DNA of 32,263 nt. Origin: Catajapyx aquilonaris. Lineage: Eukaryota. Each line of letters begins with the position of its first letter. The first letter of the stretch is position 1. A model generated the notes under the pieces. It worked only from the letters and a program-made list of their open reading frames with translations. It had not been told where the DNA came from and did not search any database. Location: positions 1-32,263 of the forward strand of contig JYFJ02004424.1 of the NCBI GenBank assembly GCA_000934665.2. Reading direction: 5' to 3'. Positions 12,015-22,294 of this stretch are shown here, in pieces. Made by a program: the position numbers and the translations under genes.

Positions 12015-14686
12015 TCAGAAAAAATTTATGGCAGCCCTGTCAGTTGGATAGGAAAATATTATTCTGTTATTGTAATTAGTCCAGTAGCTTACACCCAGCG
12101 GTGGCGGAACGAATTTTAGGCAGGGGAAGGGGGCGACCCTCCCCCGATACCAACCCTCCCGGACCCCAACCCGAACCATAATGTAAGGTTTCATTAAGCG
12201 GGATGTATGAGGTTACCCCTATACCAGCTGTTTTTAAAATGTCAAAATATTAGATACACCAAATATAAACTACCTTTTACAACACTTGGGCCTTTTAGCC
12301 AAAATATGAAAGTGCTCGTTTAGCTCCTCTGAGCCGCGCGTGTAGGCAGAGATATCTTTAGGAATAAGTGCAGCATAGGGAGGCTTGTTTTCTCCAGAGC
12401 ATTGCATATTTCAAGGAACCTTTTGTTTCAGCATTCAATTTCTTAGTACCAGAGAGACATTAGCATCCCCTTCTTGGGCAAATGCTATCCAATCTCTTTT
12501 CCCCGTGATTCCCGTCACTCCCATCAATCCGTCCTGATTCCTGATCTTCCCTCCTGTGCCCGCGGGACTTCCCCGGAAAACCTCGAAACGAATCGGGTCA
12601 TCAGTAATCCAAACGACTCCCCAAAGTTTTCTGCTGACTCTCTTAGGCTCTTTTTTCCCTTCCCTTTTTCCGTTTTCTTTTCTCTTTTTTATTCTATGCT
12701 CTGTTTCTGCCTGGTCGCCTCCGCCACCTCGCGTCGTCACCGTCGTCGCATTTACAGGACCCCCTTTTTTCTCACTTTTCTCGTCGCCAAGTCCGGGACA
12801 CCTGTGGCATTCCCGATCCTCTGGTATTCTCGCGACTCAAAAGACCCATACACACCCCCACCCACGTTACACCTAACGGGAATGATGGCATACGGTGATA
12901 GTCTGACATTCAACCAGTCCCTAGTTCGATTCTCGATATCTGTAATTTCCGACCTATTATATTAGAGGAATCTGCAATCCCATTACCTCCAGTACGTCAC
13001 ATCTACAGATGGACACTATGTCCAGCCTCTTGTGAGCTCCATTCATATACCTGGCAATGTAGGCTTATCAAGAGGGGGGGACCGCTTCCTGTCCTCTCAT
13101 ACACTCTCGTTGCTAAAGATGGCACAGAGGACATCAAAGGCAGAAAGAGTTGTATGAAAAGGAGAGGGCAGGATGGTGGGAGTGATCCTTATGTTGCCCG
13201 TATGCACACTCCTACGCTAAGCGGATCTTTCCGGGTGGCTAAGCAAAACCTTCAGTCGCATTCAGGAGCACGTTGGGAAAGTGAAAGCACCAGACCTTTG
13301 TATAGGGGTACCAAGCATTGCAAACTGCAACCAAGGCAACCCTACGGTGGGAAGGTGCAAATCAATGGCTGACTAACACTCATCAATGACTTATCCTCCA
13401 CAATTATGTTCCAATTTGGTAGAGGCTTATGATAAAATAATAACGTAAGTCTGGATACGTATGGATCATCGTGTCTGGACTGGACGTAGGGGTCATTTTC
13501 CTGGCTAGGGCATGAATTTCTTATTTTTGGTATCGATTCTGACATGGGTGATTATCGTTTCAAGCTTCGTGCTCCCATGTCCACGCACTCCCTGTGTGCT
13601 TTAGATCGGCCATGTCGATAAGGTGCTCACTTTAGCACCCGAAACCACCTTTAGGTATCTCCATACTGTCTATCTTAGCACGCATTTTGCCATTATATCC
13701 CAGACGAATTCAAGTCACATACGATCTATAGTGTGTGTGTTTTTTTTACTGAAAAAGGGCACACAAATCATATCAAAGGTAGGGATTGGTGGTAGGGGAA
13801 GTTTTGAGGGCAAACACTCGACGGAAGTGGATACTACGAACGTGGCTTCCCAACGCTGTAGATTGCAAGGGGGCTGGATAGGGGGGAGGCACCGGGGAAG
13901 AAAATCCTTCTCAATTTCAGAGTGGACAGGCATAGGACTTCAAATGGAAGTTCATATCCTGTGGTTGAAAAAAAAAATGGTAGAGGCACGTGGCATCCTC
14001 AAAGTCAAGTGTTTACCATTCGGTTCCATTTCGAATTTTTTGGGGGGTAGATGGTGGGGTTTCTTTTGAACCTAGCTTCTGATTTCGTCTTTTCCAGTTT
14101 GAAAAGCTTTTTTTTTTTCGCGAACCACTCGAGTCTTACCGATATTCCACTTGCTTTCAAATTCATTCGTAGTCGCAGCGGAAAATAGGAGAAAAATCAA
14201 GAAAAATAATCTTAATAAAGGCCCCGAAAGCAAGAAAGCGGAGAAGTAGAGGAATTAAAATGGCGATTTTTTTTTTTTTGGTGCATGCGATGTAACTTTC
14301 ATGTTTCACTTTTCCTCGCTCCCCTTACTTCAAACAAAATTAGATTTTCCCCACGGGGCAATCCGTTCCGCCTGTGCGATTTTTTCGGCGACTTGTTGTC
14401 GACTTGCATGTGCATTTGCCAACTCATGCACGTCAACCTTGTTTACTAATCTCGTTTATACCGCTTATAGACCTCCCCGGAAGATAGACGTGAAATTAAT
14501 TTTCCGCCATTCCGGAGGCCAATGATCAAAATCGACCAAAGTCATCATCTCATATTATTTTTTGTAAGCGGAAATATTATTTACAGTGTGGGTTCAGCGA
14601 ACTATTTGATAACAATTTACAGTCAGGTAATCTACTGCCACATTTGTAAAAACATTGATTAATTATTGATCATACACGGCGAAATA

Positions 14687-14894
14687 CAGGGTGTTTAAGT
14701 TCGTGGGTAGTTATTTAATTAATTTATATCTCCCAAAGTATTTTTTTGTGTAACTCGCTGTGCCCCGATCTAATTCCCAGGGGGTCGAATATAGCAGTTG
14801 CTAACCTGGTTAGGAGCAAAACAAAGCACAAAATATAACTACTTCGGGCGATATCAGTTATTTGAAAAACGACCCACGAACTTGGAACACACTG
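14687..14894. mobile_element. Tc1/mariner-type MITE, 208 bp
   Basis: TA|CAGGGTGTTTAAGTTCGTGGGTAGTT ... AACGACCCACGAACTTGGAACACACTG|TA, i.e. ~26-bp imperfect TIRs with TA TSDs. Confidence 0.85.
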
Positions 14895-15570
14895 TATTTG
14901 TATAAATAAACAACAACAAAAAATAGCGACATTGACAGATAACATATTAGAAATTCGTCGGAATGGCAATATTTCATAATATGAAATATTGCAATTCCGG
15001 CGGTTTGTCAATAGTTTAAAATATTATTTAAAACTATCGACAAACAGGGTGTGTCCCAGAATATCACCATAATAATCAATAAATAACATCGCTCAACATA
15101 TCAGCTATGCTATAATTCAGTCCAAAAAAAATCGCACTTTTGCAGTAAATTCGGCGTGGAACCGTCCTGTGTCCAAACTGCTGTCACTACCGTCTTACTC
15201 AACTCTAGACAAAAAAAAAAGTAGACAAAAAAAAAACAGCTAAGCTACAAACACCAGAGGAAAATGGCGGGAAGGTAAACGAGCGAAAAAGGAAGGCAAT
15301 CAGAGGCGGCAACTAGCCATGGGCAGTGCGGAGGCCCCAAAAAGGTTCCTTCTTTTCCTGAACAGCCAGCAAACGTGGAGGGAATGGTCCATTGGACGCT
15401 ATCACGTCTTCGCCTCCCATCCACCCCAGTCCCACCACCCCCTTCCCAATGCTTTTCAATCAGCCCTAATCTACAGGACGTTATATCCTATATACGCACA
15501 ACCAGGGTCACATCCCGTTGCTACCCAATCAACCAATCAGACAGACTCGAAAAAAAATCATAAACTAATA

Positions 15571-16185
15571 TTAGCTATAATAGCTATAGAAAATTGCTAA
15601 AGAAATAGCTATGAAAATGGCTGAATAGCTATAAAAATGGCTATACGAAACCTACTAGCTAAATACCAAAGCAGTTTGGTGGAGTGGATAAGGTGTTCGA
15701 CTGCAAATCGGAAGGTCTTGGGTTCGAGTCCCGGGGCCGGCAATCCTAACTGTGGTTTTCTGTGGTTTCCCACGGTTCCCCCAGGAGAATTCCGGGATTG
15801 CTTCCTAAATAATAGGCCACAGCCGCTTCCTTCATTTCCTATCCTTGTCCCGTCCATGAGGAGGTGCGGTGTCGGTGGGGGATTTCTGACCGGCATCTAC
15901 GAATGTGCCCCCTGAGGGACTGCACATGACCCCCAACTTGAGACATTGCACCTGCACCAGTGTCCCCCACTCCTTATCCTGTCCCCTTGCACTGGAGGAA
16001 AGAATATGATACAGTTGATGGTGGTGTACCCCCCCCCCCCCAACAGGGCCTATGTAGGCCTATCACGGGGGAAAAGAAATAAATAAAAGCCTACTAGCTA
16101 TAGGAAATAGCTAAAATAGCTGAGAAATGGCTGAATAGCTATATGTAGTAGCTAAATAGCTATATGTAGTAGCTAAATAGCTATA
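15571..16185. repeat. TAGCTA-based minisatellite interrupted by the SINE
   Basis: AATAGCTAT/AAATGGCTGAATAGCTAT units lie at 15571-15661 and resume at 16090-16185, including a 21-bp duplication ATAGCTATATGTAGTAGCTAA. Confidence 0.8.
15662..16089 (+). mobile_element. Full-length tRNA-derived SINE with a tRNA-Cys-like head
   Basis: A box TGGTGGAGTGG at 15677-15687 and B box GGTTCGAGTCC at 15721-15731. The anticodon arm TTCGA-CTGCAAA-TCGGA carries GCA at 15703-15705, but the acceptor stem is broken. The central domain GGTTTTCTGTGGTTTCCC...TAGGCCACAGCCGCTTCCTTC is of a type common in insect SINEs. It ends in an A-rich tail (AAAAGAAATAAATAAAA) and is flanked by an 11-bp TSD CCTACTAGCTA at 15651-15661 and 16090-16100. 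Confidence 0.9.
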
Positions 16186-17091
16186 ATAAAATTAATATTA
16201 GCAACTAATTACATTAGTGTCCAGAAAATTGGCGCAAAATTTAAGCCTGGTTGCATAGTGGCAGGATACTTATTTGTGAGAATCAGCGTACTTTGTTGGC
16301 CGTGTCTTGTTTGGCGGATGGCCCTGTGCGGAGGCGATTGACGCACAATCAGGGTCACATCCATGGCTACAAAAACGTGTATGTCCAGCCTCATCTGACA
16401 AACATGCTGGGCAGGCAGGGAGGGGGGTTTAACAGTGTGCATTCGTTGATTTTATTATGCGCTGCTGTCGACCCGATATGGCCTGACCTCTCATTCCAGC
16501 CTGATAAACAGCTCCGGAAAAATGTCCGTCCACGGGTCCCGGAAAAAAAAAATGTTACGGTTTTCATAGCGTTGGGCTCAATATCATAGTGCATTGCAAT
16601 ACCCAGACCAGAAAGGAACAGGTTTGTAAGTACATGCATCACTCAGTGGGGAGGCTTAATTGGAAAATGGCCAACGTTTTGTTGACTACAAAGTCAGCCT
16701 GGTATCCCATTCGGCCTGTTACGTCCGTACATGGATGTTCAAAAAAAAAAAATTGCCATTTTTAGGCGCTCTTGCTCATAGTGCAGTAAACAGACATCGC
16801 CCTGTCGTCTACCTTCCCTCTTTCATATTTCGCATCATTTCACACGCAAACAGCCCGCATTCACGTGCACGCCCATACACGATTTAACACACTTCCACGC
16901 TGCATAAAAGCGGCACGTGCTAATCAAAGTTTGTGAGAGGTACGGTAGAGGGGGGGTTCGAGAGGGGGACAAAAAAGTGGAACATCACTTCTGGTTCGCT
17001 GTCTCCATTCTACGTCACCTCCCCAACCACGACAACGTGACATTTCCAGCCCCCCACTTCTCTTCATCGGAGAATAATTAGGGGGCGCACC

Positions 17092-17645
17092 CATCGGCGG
17101 ATCTTAGTCAGAAGAGGGGGGGCTATACCAACAATGGCGGACTTTACACTAAAATCACAATTTTTTAAACTTAAAAATATCATTGTGATATCCGATTTTG
17201 ACGCATATTACTATGATTAAAATAAATGAAAAATACTATAGCTGCCGATTGACAATCATAAAAATTGCCAATGTTTAAATGCATTTTTAATGACCAGCAA
17301 TTTGATACATATTTCCCAAATATTTCCAAGGTGATGACTGATTGGGTGGGTCGAGTGAGGCGGATGGCGCATCCGATATCACCTGGGTTCATTGGCATCC
17401 TTCCTTCTATGCCGGAGCGCATCGCACTTCATCAGCCCAGTCTAAGGCTACCTTACAAGAACTGAACTGTTCCCACAAGCACCATTATGCTAATTCCGGG
17501 GATGTTCATTTGCATGGCGGGCCTCAGCAGGTCCGTTCTGCAATATTCCAGAGGATGGTTGCAGGGGTGGGTTGGAAAGAGGAAAGGGGGGGGGGGGGGC
17601 TTAAAAGTGGCCCCTCTAGCACGTCTCACGTAATAAGATCCTACT
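17092..17645. mobile_element. Probable degenerate non-autonomous DNA transposon
   Basis: The left end is CATCGGCGGATCTTA followed by a G-run. The right end is a G-run, then GGCCCCTCT...TAAGATCC. This resembles the common GGCGGATCT...AGATCCGCC MITE layout, but the right TIR is eroded. Confidence 0.45.
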
Positions 17646-19175
17646 AACCCGTCACTCACCAGTTTTGCTAGAAAAAAAACTGCCAGAACTTATAATATTT
17701 CTAAAAATCGATCTTTTTTGGGGGGGTGGGTCATGGCCACGCAACAATGTAGTAACCTTCAATTAATACTACGACACTGCACCCTGATCACACTATTTTT
17801 AACATAAAAAATAGAAACCCTGCAGCGATTATTTTTCGGGCCGTTTATTGGCACTAGGTTCTATGAATATGGTTAAATAGGACAGTCCGTTTTCCTCACA
17901 ATTAATTCGGACAATCCTGAAGTTTATCGAGTAGCTCACTTGGTTGCCCTGGACTGTGCCACTTGAGCACGTTCCAGCCATAAGGAGAGTCAAGTGAAAA
18001 CTGCCCTTCATACATTATGCATGCCTCCCAAAGTTAGATCTCGTTATGGAATTACTAACGACTCCGCGGGACTAGACCAGAATGGGTGGAAAGTGAAGTT
18101 GTTTTGGGCAAGGCCCGGAAGGACCCAGATTACGGTATCAAACTTTTCCCTCCCGCAAAATTGAAATTCACTGGGTCCAGTGGTGGCCACCGGAACTACA
18201 CCGGAGGCTAAAATGGCTGCCGTACCGGGGAAACCCCTCGCATACATACACTCATGACATGGTAGAAAAATGGGTAAAAAAGACCGAATAAAGGACAAAA
18301 AAAATATGATCCTCCAGCAATTCCTGGCTGCCAAGGCTTCCGCGGAGAAAAATGCCCGACGATATTTATGTGATTCCGGTTTGTAATGTCCTTTCAAGCC
18401 GCTGGGTGATAGATCATCGCCATTACACTGTTCTCCTGAAAAATCCTATTAAATTGGGGAGCAAAAGTTAGAATCTCTTTTCCGTTCTATTTCGCCTCAA
18501 GATGATAGGGATTTACGTTGACAAACCCTGGGAAAAAAGAGACCGAGTTTTTTTTCTATCCGGGATGAGGGGGGGGGNGGGGATAGATCGAACTTCCGGG
18601 GGAATAGAATGGTAAAATTTGCGAGTGGATTTGATCCGGGTTGGTGCGCCTATGCAGCGATACCAGCTAAAGCAGGATCATGGGTTCAGGATAATGCCAC
18701 TCGGTGCTGTTTTGACTAGCCACATGTGTTGTGGCAGATACAATTACCGCTCTGGAAAATCCACTCCTGACCCTCCCTAGTATGACCTTTAAATAAGTTT
18801 GGGTACCGCCCGTAAAGGGTACAGGCTAGTACTTGTTGCTTTTCAATTTTTCCAACAGTGATTGTTTTACCGGTGAAAGACTGCATGTGAGACTTCTTTC
18901 CTAACCCACAGTCGTCCCTCCCAATCATCGAAAGCTGCAGGCCAATTAACCGGACAATGCGTATTCCCATTGATAACCCTGACAGTGGCATCACGCAACC
19001 GCGATTTGCACCCCCGCCACCTCCTGCCCACCACCACTTGAATCCGACGTCGAAATTGGCGACTCGGCTGAATGTTTCATGACGGTTTGTCTACACACGT
19101 TATCACATGCCCGCAATACCATGCCCGGTACGTGAAAATTTATTGCCGATACCTCCCGATCTGAAATGTTCTTAC

Positions 19176-19261
19176 CTATCGTCGTAGACGAAGCCAGCGT
19201 CCAGTGTATTGTAGTACAGCCCAAAGGCCAGCAAACAGCACACTACCACCGCCCTGTCCAT
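19176..19261 (-). CDS. TMTC2: First coding exon of a TMTC2-type protein O-mannosyltransferase (transmembrane and TPR-repeat protein); an optional 10-codon N-terminal extension starts at 19291
   Basis: The minus strand reads aggATGg, then MDRAVVVCCLLAFGLYYNTLDAGFVYDD + AG, then a consensus donor AG|GTAAGA (GT at 19175-19174). Length is 86 nt = 28 codons + 2 (phase 2). The peptide matches the TMTC2 N-terminus as I recall it (human MIAELVSSALGLALYLNTLSADFCYDDSRAI): a hydrophobic helix plus LYxNTLxAxFxYDD. The YDD favours TMTC2 over TMTC1 (HDD) or TMTC3/4 (FDD). Confidence 0.92.
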
Positions 19262-19291
19262 CCTGGTACTCCCTTGACCGCCGTTCACCAT

Positions 19292-19930
19292 CGCCTAATA
19301 TACCCCCTTAAAAACCCGAAACACTTCCCATGTCAAATACCCCCGATATCCACCTGAGGATATCTAGGGACCTAAACGGGGATTCCCCTCTACTGCTGTC
19401 AGTTAACGGTTTTTGGTTCTCCCGCGCGCGATGCGGTTCGGGCTACAACTGGCCAGAACCCGGGACCGGCCCCCCACGTATAAAGTGTCTCTCCCCCCCG
19501 GAATCGATCCCCCCCCCTTCCCCCCATAGCCGGGGAGGACCCTATTCCACATGCCCACCGCCGGATGCGTGTTGGTTCCTTGCATTCACAGGCCCTCCTT
19601 CCTATTCGCGATTGCGCACCTAGCCTCCCTGTGGCGGCGCCACTAGCCCGGCGCCACTATGGGGGTACAGGGGCAGGGGGGGTCCTAAAAGGAGGCTCAC
19701 TTTTGGGGACTGCTTTTCGGGGGTTTTAGGACGTCCAGATGTCACCTGGCACTCGGAGAGAGAGGGTCAGGAACTGGATTATGTCATGAAGCGGATGTAT
19801 TATTGAGGTCGGTTATACAGGAAGTAAACACAAAAATAGCTGTTGGTGGGGGAGGTCTATAGGTTACGTAATAAACGATGCTTTTAGAGGACTGAGATGT
19901 AATTTTCCGGGACGAAAACTAAATTACCTG
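19292..19930 (-). promoter_or_regulatory. Probable TMTC2 5' leader and proximal promoter
   Basis: GC/CpG-rich block directly upstream of the start codon, turning AT-rich near 19900. Motifs (+ strand coordinates): ETS-like CAGGAAGT 19818-19825, overlapping FOX-like GTAAACA 19824-19830, and the bZIP palindrome TTACGTAA 19864-19871. A CRE (TGACGTCA) lies further up at 20278-20285. The TSS cannot be fixed from sequence alone. Confidence 0.55.
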
Positions 19931-20936
19931 AAATTTTTATTCAACTTTTTTTCAGCCCCCCTCGACACGAGAGTGCGCCTCCATTCCCTCACTTTAATTA
20001 ACGATAAAGAAATATTGCTTTTGTGCAGAGTATCACAATTTTCTTTTTCCTTTGAAGTCAAACGGGAAGGGAGGGGGAAAACAATTAAGACATTTTTGTG
20101 GAAAATTTTATTTGCGGTGTAGCGGTTGTTTTTTGACTTCTAAGAAAGGTAATGTACGGGGAAAAAAATACTGCGTGCCCTTGTATTTAAAAGCTATTTC
20201 GTTCCATTGTCAGATAAGGCGTGTCTTGGAAAAAACGATATTACTATATGTAGAATTTTTGAACGGGTTTGACCTTATGACGTCACGGTCTAGATGTAGA
20301 CTACGTGTGTACATTCAAGGACGATCTGTAAGTAATAAAACGATAGGTTGCATAGTTCAATGAGGCACGAGCAAGTGCGTATTGGGTAACACTGCTGGGG
20401 CCTGATGAAGCATAACAAGGCAATTATTCTGGAGGTCGTGACTAGAAATACACCTAGAGCACATGCTGTAAACATATCTAGTCAGCTTCAATAGCGATGG
20501 TGTTTACATGCAGGGGTTAGTCCTGGTAATATTCAGCTCAGTATGAAAGTTAAGAGTCACGTACTGTGCCGTACGTTTCGGCGGCAAGTTTCTAATATTT
20601 TTCATAATTTGAATCCTGTTTTTTTGATATTTTTGCACTAAAACATATGGAATATTTTGTTAGAATTTTTTGGGTCTAAAATAATGCAAGGGTTATGAAA
20701 TCTGCCTTTTCTGATAACGATGTAATGTACCGTTTATCCATATTGAAAACGACAATATTTTTAGTTTACTGTATGTGCGAGTAGTTTACGGTGGTGTGTA
20801 AACAGAAATGTAAATGTAAACTTGTATTTTTCTTTTAATATTAATCCAAACAACTTAGGATATGATAAAATATTCGCATGTGGGCTACAGTAGTTTGATG
20901 CCCATACTCTAGAGATGTAGGATGGTGTAGGCCAGT

Positions 20937-21268
20937 CACTCAATCTCTAAACATTCTGAAAATTGCACTCAAAAAGGAGCAATTTCTCAAAATTATATTT
21001 ATGAGTTAATTTCACTATGGAAAGATTAACGTATTTTAATTCAAATCGAGTGGAAAATTACTCGAAAGAAGAGTTAACATGACTGAGACCCTACTCTTTC
21101 ATTGAATGAAACCCATGTCGCTCAAGTTGAGTGAAAAATCACTCTGAATGAGTGAAAATTTTCACTCAAGTGATCGAGTGAATTCCACTCAAAAAGAGTG
21201 GGAGAAATCAAGTAGGCGAAAGATCACTCAAATCGAGTGGAAAACATTTGAATTTTTTTGTGTGTGTA
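20937..21268. repeat. Array of short palindromic GAGTG...CACTC units ending in TTTTTTGTGTG, probably part of a foldback-like DNA element
   Basis: Repeated units include GAGTGAAAAATCACTC, GAGTGAAAATTTTCACTC, GAGTGAATTCCACTC and CACTCAAAAAGAGTG. TCAAATCGAGTGGAAAA occurs twice (near 21041 and 21228). Confidence 0.7.
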
Positions 21269-21790
21269 CATAGTGAAAATTAACACCCATGTTATAAGTG
21301 GCGTCATCGTAGCTCGATTTCCATTTGAAACGTGGGCGAATTTGCAATTTTACGTATATTTATTTAGTCAAGTACACCATTTCAGCCAAAATAAACACCA
21401 AGCTTGAATTCCGTCAAACGGCAAAAAAAAACTCCGGACACGTTGAACAAAGGACGTAAAACTGGTCTCAATATATTCGACCTAACGTCTTACATCTCGA
21501 CGAGTGCCAAGTTCTTCGGTACATTGCAAGCATTACAAGTCAGCACATCTTCGCATCAGGCGGAAACACGACGACGATAAACCCTTTTATTTTCGTTGCT
21601 TATTGCGTTCCGTCTCAACCCTCGCCTTGTAAAACCAGATTAAATTCTAATCACCGCAGCATGAGAGCCTACAATCGCTCAATCTCTCCAAAATATAATC
21701 AAGCCCAGACATCAAAACAGTTTAGTCGCGCAAATGTGCTGTTGCAAATCTTCTCTAGAGACACTTTGCCATGAAGGGAAAGACAGGGAC

Positions 21791-21830
21791 ATGCATAATA
21801 TCTGTACCATGCATAATATCTGTACCATGC
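21791..21830. repeat. 18-bp perfect tandem duplication
   Basis: ATGCATAATATCTGTACC twice, plus ATGC. Confidence 0.9.
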
Positions 21831-22114
21831 TGACCAAACAAGGCTGGGTAAAAGGGTTGACCTTTATTACTGAAACTATTCATAAAGGGCTGTAAAGAAG
21901 CGGTGGCAAGTTGCGCTACTTAATCCTTGATTGCGGTGGCATGTGGTGAGCTATAAAGAGTTCAGGCCGACCCGCTTGATATATTAATTATAGTGCCCTC
22001 ATTTTACAGCTTTATGAACACGACGCAAAGTGAAAGACTATAATATCATACAGACTTGTCCAGTAATAACCCTTACCAAGCTTACAATTTGGTCTCGCGT
22101 GATCATCGGTAGCT

Positions 22115-22184
22115 CACTAGACGGCAGCACTAGACACTCTAAGAGCCTGAGCCATCATTAGCCTCCAACTTAATGAACACCCTG
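22115..22184. mobile_element. Solo right end of a Tc1/mariner-like element
   Basis: It ends ...CTTAATGAACACCCTG|TA, the reverse complement of TA|CAGGGTGTTCATTAAG, the same terminus type as the 14687 MITE. No partner end was found. Confidence 0.45.
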
Positions 22185-22254
22185 TAGACCCTGCGGTATA
22201 TACTGGAATTACAGAGTAAATGAAGTCAATCCCTGCCTTTTGGAACCTTCACAA

Positions 22255-22294
22255 AGAGAGAGAGAGAGAGGGGGGGGGGGGGNGGGGGGGGGGG
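22255..22294. repeat. (AG)n followed by a poly-G tract
   Basis: Read directly from the sequence; contains one N. Confidence 0.9.

Larger units (their letters stand above)
1..19175 (-). other. Intron following the first TMTC2 coding exon (continues beyond the window start, >19 kb)
   Basis: Donor at 19175. I found no minus-strand exon encoding the expected continuation (RAIxxNxD...DFWG) between 19175 and 1. Confidence 0.8.

Noticed and set aside
12435..12965. Longest ORFs in the track (e.g. 12474-12965, also 10413-10889 and 13623-14069)
   Set aside because: They are low-complexity translations of pyrimidine or purine tracts with no recognisable domain or splice structure.
12960..13380. LINE RNase H (YTDG, IPGxVG), GIY-YIG (RIQEH) or RT (LYKGLV) hints
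   Set aside because: The hints are mutually inconsistent in strand and spacing. The region may be decayed mobile DNA but cannot be assigned.
15671..15742. Functional tRNA-Cys gene
   Set aside because: The acceptor stem does not pair and no poly-T terminator follows. It runs into a SINE body with a tail and TSDs.
19306..19730. Inverted repeat bracketing the TMTC2 leader (19306-19329 vs 19705-19730)
   Set aside because: Only ~14 interrupted base pairs made of homopolymer runs; not significant.
20401..20450. Hammerhead ribozyme core (CTGATGA...GAAA), also near 270
   Set aside because: No stem II or flanking stems can be drawn.
22179..22197. miR-10-like ACCCTGTAGA
   Set aside because: The match stops after 10 nt and is explained by a mariner-type end CACCCTG|TA.
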